DNA of 64,000 nt, from contig NC_043003.1 in NCBI RefSeq assembly GCF_006345805.1, forward strand, positions 102,176,001 to 102,240,000. Reading direction: 5' to 3'. Below are positions 54,242-64,000 of the stretch, one piece after another (the stretch's first letter is position 1; every line of letters begins with the position of its first letter). The stretch comes from Octopus sinensis (Eukaryota). A program made the position numbers and the translations under genes. The notes under the pieces were generated by a model. It was not told the origin of the DNA. It saw only the letters and a program-made list of their open reading frames with translations, and did no database searches.

Positions 54242-55854
54242 AGTCAGGCGACACTGGCAATGACCATGCTCAAATGGTGCTTTTTACGTGCCACCGGCAC
54301 AGGAGCCAGTCAGGTGGTACTGGCCATGACAATAATTTCACTTGACTCAGAAGGTCTTCTCAACCACAGTTTATTGCCCAATGATTGAAGGGCACTTTTA
54401 AATGGGCTGGTTGTACTACACTGGCATAGGCCAGGGTTATGGTCTCACTTGGCTTGCCAGGTCTTCTCATGCAGAGCATATCTCCAAAGGTCTCAATCAC
54501 TCATCATTACTCTTGTGAGGCCCAGCATTTGAAGGTCATGCTTAACCACCTCATTATAGTTACGTATATTGTTCAGCTAAAGATCTTATTATTCAGAGTT
54601 TTTATCCTTGCAATCACAGATAGCTTAATCTTACATAATCTCAAGTGGAAGACAGGATTCATATAGGGTACATCTGGTCATTCAAGTTAATGTAAGGAAT
54701 ATAAGGAATGCCCTATCTAACCACTTTGCTTTAAATGGAAAGCAGCTATTTAACTGGAAAAAAAAAATCTAAATTAAAAGTCAGAGGATCATGGAAATCA
54801 CTTGGAGTTTAGTCTCCACCAAATTGGTAAGTGATACTTAGTCTCCACCAAATTGGTAAGTGATACAATGAAAATTTATAAAATGTTCTGGAGATTCATT
54901 TTTTTTTTTTTTAGCTTTCTAAAAAATCACATACTTGCTGCATACACATGTACACATCCATAAAAAACACACCATAAACTAAATATGTACAGCTATCAAC
55001 TGAATGCAAGTACATCCATCCATACACACATACATATATATGAACCCATTAACTTACTCTCTCTTATTCACAAATCCCTGGAATTGTCTTACTTCAAATA
55101 AGAATTGTTACTTTGTTTATAATTGAGAAGAATTCTGTGCTTGGATAGGTTTTTTAAAATATTTTTAAGATGTACATATGCAATCACAGGAACAAATACC
55201 TGTTCAGGATGGGAAACTATTCATTGTGTTTCTAATGACGTCCATTTCCACATTAATGACATGACAAGAAACCTTGTTTAATAACAGGTTATTCTTCTGA
55301 TGACATTGAGAAAATTTCCAAGTTTCTAACAGATATGACAACTCATTATTTGCAAAATGTCTTATTTGTTTGAAACTTGAATTCATTACACTGAGTGAAT
55401 CACTACAAACAAAATGAATGAACATGATTGTATTGCCAACAATTATGTGGGGTGCTGAAAAGTTCCTGGCTTTAAGGGTATCGCAAAGGGCTTGGTTGAA
55501 TATGAATATGAATTGTGATATGTTTGAGATTTTGATAGAAACATTTCTGGACGGGGAAACCCTTCTACCATCCTAGAAAAGGATGAGTTGAGTAAAGTAA
55601 TCTCAGCTTTCCTGCACAGGGACAAAAAAATGGATGGTCACTGCTGGAATGTCTTCAATCATAGGTTTATTTGCCAGAGCTGACCTAGAACTAAACAACA
55701 ATATCTCTGCCACAATAGTGAGAATTAATAGAAGCATCCAGAAGCCCTTCACCTCAACGTAACTTCATCAACAGAACATACTGATATGTGCCAGTAGACT
55801 GCCAGGTGGTGGAAATTACCGAAATATTAGTACCAAGTAGTATTTAGGTATAAG

Positions 55855-56131
55855 CAAAGTTTGGGTTAGTTAAAATATGCTTGTTTCAACTGCTAAAAGG
55901 CAAATTCCCTGCAGTTACTGTAGAGAGAATTTTATCTTATGGTAAAAAGGTATAAAAACACCATATCTGTCCAGTATCAAAGTCTGGGAATCCTGATAAT
56001 GACACTGGACAGGTGTGATGTTTTTATACCTTTTTATCATAAGAGAACATTTTCAGCACATTAACTGCAGTGATTTTGCCTTTTAGCAGTTAAAATATGT
56101 CACAAACATATTTTAACTAACCTAAACTTTG
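55855..56131. repeat. Fold-back/MITE-like imperfect palindrome (~277 bp)
   Basis: caaagtttgggttagttaaaatatg pairs with catattttaactaacctaaactttg; aactgctaaaaggcaaa and aaaaaggtataaaaaca are mirrored. Confidence 0.8.
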
Positions 56132-56225
56132 ATTGTATGTGTGTGTGTGTGCACGTGTGCATGTGCATGTGTGTGTGTGCATACATATATATCTACACAA
56201 ACATGTACATATATATATATGTGTA

Positions 56226-56267
<42 letters not shown>

Positions 56268-56435
56268 ATATAATATATATATATATATACATTATCTTTT
56301 TTTAATACTCATTATCTTTTTTTAATAATTTGATATATATTTAAAATAATATAAATTAATTAATCTTATGTATTGGCTTAAGTTTTTCATTGTATGATTT
56401 GCCTAATAGTGGTTTTATCTCTAATTTATATAATA

Positions 56436-56469
<34 letters not shown>

Positions 56470-56677
56470 CACACACGCACACACACACCACACACACACA
56501 CACCACACACACACACACACACCACACACACACACACACACCACACACACACACACATATATATATGCATACAATATTATTGATTTGTCTTTCTCTTAAT
56601 TTCACTCGAGCACTTTTTTGCAGTCCTATATATGTTTTCTTTTTTGTTTCTATAAAAAGAATGAAAATTATTACTTG

Positions 56678-56724
<47 letters not shown>

Positions 56725-56903
56725 TAATATATATATGTATATATAATATATATATGTATATATAATATATATATGTATATATATATATATGTATATATAT
56801 ATTATATATATATATACATACATAGAGAGAGAGAGGGGGAGGGGAGAGAGAGAGGGAGGGAGAGAGAGGAGAGAGAGAAGAGAGAGAGAAGAGAGAGAGA
56901 AGA

Positions 56904-56992
<89 letters not shown>

Positions 56993-58080
56993 TGTTAGGA
57001 ACAGAACAAAATTGTTTACTGTTTGTTGGGCGACCTGAAATCCAAAGCAAAATAAATTTTTCTCACAACGGTTAATCATAATAGCTGAGATGAAAAATAT
57101 GTGAGAGTTCACCTGAAACAGGTGAATAGATTAGTTGCTTATAGGTAGGGTGCTTCAACCTTGAGATATGTTGCCATTTATAGATAACTAATGAAATTAA
57201 GATACTGGTGGGAACAATATACTGAAAACTGGGAAATAGAAGAAAGCTGGTCCAGCTGATATAAATGTATGTGTGTTTGTGTGTGTGTATGTGTGTGTGT
57301 GTGTGTAGGTGTGAGCAGGTATTTTGGATGCACTTTTTCACTCTCTTAAAATCTTGGGTTCAGTTCTCATGTTTGTCACTTTCTGCGAATGTTTTTTAAC
57401 ATAGGTTCAAGTTGATCTTAGGTATGTGAGTGAAACAGTAAACAAAATCTGTGTGGAACTTCATAGAATGGACTGGACCTCAAATTCATGTATGCATGTG
57501 TGTATGTATCAATGTAAGTATGCCTGTATATATATATGTATGTATATATGTTAAGACATTTATTGGACATAAAAATAATCGGACTGAATACCCGATCGCA
57601 CGGTTAAATCATTGAGAGTGAAGGACTCCTAGCCTTTGTTAGGGCATCCTTCTAGGAGAAGGTAACTCAGGTAACTGGGATAACTCTGACATAAAACATG
57701 CGGCTCAGTGGTTACCGATGATGTTGACTTGTTCTTCTTTTCGGATTATGGCTGCGGTTGCTTAGTGAGTGGGATTGACTCAGTGCACAGCCTTTCCTCA
57801 CTTTAAAAAAATCTTCTTGCACAGGCATTGCATGATAACAACATTGATTAAGCTTCGGGCAATGGCCATACTCGATAACGAGGGGGCAGCCACCATGTAT
57901 ATTATGTATGTTATTCAGTTTTGTTTCAAGATTTCTGGCCAATAGAGAAAGAGCTGGTTTCTAGCCCAGATCTAATCTCCTTCATTGGAATTTCAGCAAC
58001 ATTAACAGGGGATTTTTGTATGTATGTGTGTATAAGTGCAGCATTTGGAGTCAGTGCATGTGTAAGTATATATGTATGTG

Positions 58081-61035
58081 CAGGGCCGGCCCTAGGGTAA
58101 CTGATGCCCTAGGTGAATTAAATTTTAAATACCCCCCCACACACACAGGGTGGTGGGATAGCAAGTGGAGTGAACCCAACAAGCCAGAGATTTCCCCAAG
58201 AAAGTTTTTAGAAATATGAATGAACATAGGAGCAATTTGAAGTCACTTGTAAAGGAAAATTAAAAAAATTTATTTCTTAAAAATTAATGAAGAAATACGG
58301 AGATGTACTTGCATAGCGAGTGACTTGATCTGAGATCGTGTGCTGGAACGAAAACAATTGCTGCATGGAAGGTGTTTATAAGCCATTTAAGAAACACACA
58401 AAAACTGTTAAATTCACTTCAACATTTAAATTTAATTTGTCAAAATATTTTCGTCACTTTGAGACTGCAATCTGTTCACTATAACTAATAAACATGATGT
58501 ACTGAAAATTTTATATTTTACTAATTGGATGTTGTTTTCTTTTTATTATTGGTTGTTGACATATTTAAATACTATTGTTTTTTTACTCTTGGTATTTAAA
58601 AGCTAATTTTGCAAGCTTTCTGTCGAGCAAAATCTTTTACAAGCTCTTAGGGTGAAAGTTTTCTGCAAATTTCATGTTTTATGAAAATTGTAGCTAGTCC
58701 AGTGAGCCTCTTTGGGCTATTGAAATTCTTAGACATGTCTTTATTAATTTAAGTTTTAGAAAGCTATGCTCTCTGCTTGCAACCCTTACTGGTAGGGTTA
58801 GCAGGATTCTGAGAGCGATGTACGAATTTGGAAAGTGATATCTTTGTTGCTGCTTGCAAAGTAGCTCAAGCTCTTTCAGAGGATCATGGGATTTTTCAAG
58901 TCTTCTTGATATGACATTCAGTTCATTAGACAAATCTTTTTAGATCATACAGTAAACCGAAAATGGAATTTACTTGTTTCAGTTGTTCAAAGAGTTCTGA
59001 AACAGAAAGAATTTGCAAATGCAAATGAACAATTCTTCATCGCTACGTCCATACGAGAAGTTGATATTGAAAAACATTTGGGAAGAAGTGAATCATATAT
59101 ATAAAGCAATTTTAATTTTTAAGAAAAAGATAAACTGAATACCCTATTTTTTTTCTGGAATAAAATCCTTTACACATGCCAAATATGGAAGCAATTCACG
59201 CAGCTGTTTTGGTGTGAAAAGTGAATGAACACACACACAAAACTTTATTTTATTATATAGACTAGCTTAAGGTAACCCATTCTATGCGCAGGTGAGGGTG
59301 TGGTTGTTACTTTCTGTTGCTTCCTTTCTGTTTCTTAAATCTTGCCTTAATTTTCAAAATTTTGAACCCATTTTCTGCACTTAAATTACAAATCTGCTTC
59401 CACTTTACTATGTTGAAAATTTGATTGAAATCGGGCAAAAGGTGTCCAATCTAGACCACCAAATGTCCCCAAAAATCAATAAAATCTCCATTTTCACAGT
59501 AAAGCAACCACTGTAGCACCCCAAAACGTCTCCCAAATAATTTCTCACCCCAAGTTACCCTATTCTGTAAATTTTAATCCCCTTCCAGCCCCATTTAGAC
59601 CCCTTTATACATAATCCAATTTGTATCAACATTCACCTTCTTCATTTTATAGATTAGATTAAAGATAACCACCTCTAGCCCCTGCAGCAATACGAAAAGC
59701 CACCATTATTCAAACAGTGCAACCTGTCTATCCCATAAAACTCAATTTTTCCCATATTCCTCACCATGGAAACCAAACGGTAGCCCCATGTGACTTGCAA
59801 CCCTCCTCACACCATTGCCCACCCCATTTTACCCCCCAGTGTAAATTTTGGTGCCAATCTGACCCCATCTACCACCCCTTAAACCTCCCCATCCCCAAAT
59901 GAGACAAATAACCAAGAAATCAAACAACTTTTTCACATTTCAGCTTTATAGATATTGATGAAAAGTAGGGGGAAGGAAGGGAAGAGAGAGATGGAGAAAG
60001 ACGGAGAGAAACGACAAACACTTGTCAAAGTCTGGGTTTTGTTGCCCTAGTAACCACAGCTTTTGAGATAGGGGTTTCTAACCTAGTCCAGTCGTTTCCT
60101 TGCCTCTTTTTACATGTCTCTATAAATTTTGGAGCCAATCCGATCCCATCTGCTGGTCCTTAAACCGTTCCCATCCCAAAATGAGACAAACCAATTTTTC
60201 GCATTTCAGGTTTATTGATTAGAAAAACAGTTTAAGTCAAGTTGAATATAATTGAGTACATTACTCAGACAAATTTGACAGGTCTTACTCATAGAATTTG
60301 AATGGTTTCTTGAAGCAAAAATTATTAAAAAATTTAATATAAATATTTATTAAATAATTATCAATCATATGATTAATATTAAGTGAAAAAGGAGCTAAAA
60401 ATCCCAATGGATTATGCCCATGGAAAAAAAAAACTCTTTTTAAAAACCTCCCTGGCTCCTCCTGTAATTTAATTTGAAAGAAAAAATTCTCCCTAAAAAA
60501 TGATGCTGTGGACACATATCAAAACCATGATATAAAAATTTTGACAACACCTAACTGATGTTGATTTTTAATTTTTGCTGAGACATTGGCACATTACTAA
60601 TATACATATCATATAGGGGTAGAGTCAACTCACCAGCAAACCAACTTGTCATTATACAATTTATTACAACTGTTAAGTATATTACACAAAATATACACAT
60701 AATATGTTAAATTTTAAAATTCATTTGTTTTCTGGGGTCCTCAAATTAAACCAGGCAGTAATTTTCAAATGACTGGGCTGCACTATGGGCTGAAGCCTTA
60801 GAGGGAACATTGGATTTTGGAAGTGTAAGTATAACTGAAATCTTTATCAAACTGTTGATGATTAGATAGTGAATTTTTTTTATTATAATAACAAAATTAT
60901 AACTTTATAATTATAAATTTCTTAAACTTTCTCTCCTAAGTCAGCACCTTCCAAGACATCCTCAAATTTTGTTGCCCCCTATATGTTGCCGCCCTAGGCA
61001 GTTGCCTAGTTCACCTAGTGGTAGATCCGGCCCTG
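58081..61035 (-). mobile_element. hAT DNA transposon, internally deleted, with nested insertions
   Basis: TIR cagggccgg...ccggccctg and a perfect 8-bp TSD tgtatgtg (58073-58080 and 61036-61043). Dimerisation-domain remnant FPNSYIALRILLTLPVRVASREHSFLKLKLIK. Confidence 0.9.
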
Positions 61036-61230
61036 TGTATGTGTGTATGTAAGTATGTATGTATGTATGTTTGTTTATATCACTGAAGGCTGATCTCAGG
61101 ACATAAGGGCCTCATAGGGGAAATGACAAAGGATCTTCAGTTCATTTGCCAGTCTTGATTGAGGAGCAAATGCAGAAATCAGTGTGTTGCTATAGAGGAG
61201 ATATATGGTTACGCAGCCAGAGGGAAATAG

Positions 61231-61285
<55 letters not shown>

Positions 61286-64000
61286 AGAAAGAGCATACAT
61301 GAGGGAGCAAGAGAGAGATGGTGGTGAAGTGCCAAGGTATACCCTCAAGATTTGAGAATCAGAATATAAATGAAATGGTAGAGTGGAGTGAGAAAGTGAT
61401 ATAGATGGTGACAAGGTGCTAGGACAAACCCTCAAAGTACAGGGATCAGAGTATAAATGGGATGGTAGAGTATTGCCAAGGGTGCATGAGTAGGGAGTAG
61501 AGACTTCACATAAATGCAAAGAGCATGGAGGTCGGGGAATGCAGTGACTGGTGAAACATCCAAATGATGTTGTCCATTTCCATGTTTGTCCATGTGGAAG
61601 GATTACCTTGCTTGGGAACAGACGAAGGTTGGGGGAACAGAAAAGTTATTCAGATGCAGAAAATCTACCTCAACAAATTCTCTCTAGCCCCTGCAAACAT
61701 GGAAAAGTAGACACTAACTGATAATTGTGATGATGACTATAATGATGATGATAATTTACTGTATATTATGAAGCTGATCCAATCAAAAATGCGTTATCAA
61801 AAATGTGGAGAAAAAGACAATTTTTAAATTAAAAAGTAATTCGAAATATAATACTTTTGTAATGTTTTTATATAATTTTATGTTTACACGTTTTAGATTT
61901 GTCTATAATCTCTATACTTATGCAAATAATTGTTTCTAATTATAGCACAAGGCTAGTAATTTTGAGGGGAGGGGATAATTAGTGACATTGACTCCAGTAC
62001 TTGACTATCACATTTTTTTTTATTAACTTTGAAAGTGCAAGAGCAAAGTTGACCTTGTTGGGATTTGAATTCAACACATAAAGTGCCAAAAGAAATGCTG
62101 CTAAGCCTTTTGACCTACACTCTAATCATTCTGCAAGTTTGTTGCCTTAATAACAGTGTGACAAAATTTTGATTTTTCTCTGTCTTTGGTCAGTAAGTGT
62201 TATTTCCTATTTGCTTCTATCTAGAAATCAAATGAAATGACTACTGTTCCCTTCGAGTTTTACTTTTGTCCCCTGGGCATCAAAGTTTTGAAATTGACCT
62301 ATTTTATCTTATATTTCAGACAGATTCAGTGGTAAGTTGCTGAAGTAGAAATATCATTGTAGCAAATATTCTACTCAATATCACAGATTTGCTTGTCAGT
62401 TGCTTGGCCTTAACCAGTTGAGCATATCCCTTAGTAGCTGAGAATATGTGCACTTCTGATTTATGAGCAGGAGTAGTGGGAGAGCATCATAACCATTTGT
62501 TGAGAGGGATTCTTAGGGGTTTGAATAAATGTAACAAGAAGCTATTTCTCACACTTTCTAGGGGTGAGCAAATAGGAAATAACAACAGCTACCCAAGGAC
62601 AAAAATCATCACTTGAGCTTGTCCCTTAGTGGCTGACAATATGTGCATCTCTGATCATGAGCATGAATGGTGAGGGAGCATCAAAGCCATGTGCTGAGAG
62701 GGATTCTTTGGGGCTTGAATAAATGTAGCAAAAGCAAAGTTTGAAGGAAATATAAGCCCTCTTTCATACTTTCTAGGAGTAAGCAAATAGGAAATAACAG
62801 TTGCTACCCAAGGACAAAAATTGTGTTATACAGTGTAAAAATGGTTTCAGATTTTGGCACAAGGCTGGCAATTTTAATGGGAGACGGACAGTCAATTATA
62901 TTGACTCCAGTACTCGACTTGTACCATATTTTATTGACTCCAAAAGGATAAAAAGCCAAGTTCATCCCTATGGTATTTGAATTTAACTGGCACTCTGTCA
63001 GTTACAACAACAAGGATTCCAGTTGATCTGATCAACAGAACAGCCTGCTCATGAGATTAACGTGCATGTGGCTGAGCAGTCTACAGACACATGTACTATT
63101 AATGTAGTTCCCAGGAAGATACATCACACAGAGTGTTACAAGGCTGGCCTTTGAAATACAGGTACAACTTATATTTGCCAGCTGAGTGAACTGGAACAAT
63201 GTGAAATAAAGTGTCTTGCTTAAGGACACAGTGCACTGCTGGGAATTGCACTCATGATCTTGCGATGATGAGCTGAATACCTTGATCGCTAATCCAGGTG
63301 CCTTCACTGGGATTTGAACTTAGAACATAAAGAACCAGAAGAAATGCTGCTGTTTAGTCTTTTATCTGATGCTCTAATGGTTTCTGTCAGTTCTGCCCTT
63401 TATGTATTTATATAAATATCAGAACAAACATATTGCAATTATGTAAACCTTCTTAGAAATAAACATTCTCACCATCAGACATGTCAAGGTGTAAGAAACG
63501 CATGCAACAATTAAGTAGCTCCTGTTCAACCTACTAAAAATAGTAGCCAAAACTCTCTTGAATACACCCTAAAATAAAGATTATATGAAACAATAGTAGA
63601 GCTTCTGTTATACACCCAACAGGAATTCATCATTGTCTTTTTAGATTATGACAACATCGACAAGATATAGTTTGTCAAATTGTTTCAACTCACACCCACC
63701 CTAAACTCTTGTACTGGAAATTGATTTCTTAGAAAATTTAGTTTTGTATATACAGAGCAAATGTATGTATATATGTTGAACTTAATAGAAATAGTGACTA
63801 AATCTCTGTGAAATAACACCCAACTGTCTTTCAAAAAAGAGCCCACTGGACTGTGCAGTCCCAGAGTTCTCTATATCTAGAAAAAGAAGACAAGCTGGTC
63901 ATGAAGAGAACACTTTTGATTATAGGTCTGCTGAATCAGGGCCGACCAGGGGTTAAACAATAACAAAAATAACGAAAAATAATGACAATCAGATCATACT

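Noticed and set aside
54819-54867. Short exact tandem duplications (also near 5215, 9452 and 56290)
   Set aside because: Ordinary slippage or repair duplications with no further structure.
57000-57120. Strong minus-strand acceptor-like sequences (tttgctttggatttcag; tgtttcag)
   Set aside because: No good matching donor or coding signal seen; insufficient without RNA data.

Overview
AT-rich, microsatellite- and transposon-dense metazoan DNA, with no prokaryotic features. The SINE families look like those of octopus/coleoid cephalopods (inference from recall, not checked). The only host gene I can support is a minus-strand tetraspanin: five coding exons (23871-23809, 14805-14611, 8923-8849, 4720-4643, 1145-1026; 177 aa) with GT-AG boundaries and all introns in phase 0. 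It carries the CCG and PxSCC motifs, and its TM4 exon(s) are not seen, probably beyond the left edge. The rest is mostly decayed mobile DNA: four Penelope-like (GIY-YIG) fragments, several R4/Dong-like RLE LINEs with (AAT)n tails, a full-length RTE-like LINE with TSD, a 5'-inverted CR1-like LINE, L1/Tx1 fragments, DD37D mariner/maT and hAT remnants, a Helitron-like element, a Gypsy-type integrase fragment and many SINEs. Most notable are a family of Penelope-associated hammerhead ribozyme motifs (the only complete core is antisense to the host gene, and all sense copies are damaged), a perfect 156-bp-arm palindrome plus other fold-backs, a 60-nt duplicated in-frame splice acceptor on the TM3 exon, and a locally templated filler at the CR1 junction. 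Most short ORFs in the track are microsatellite artefacts.
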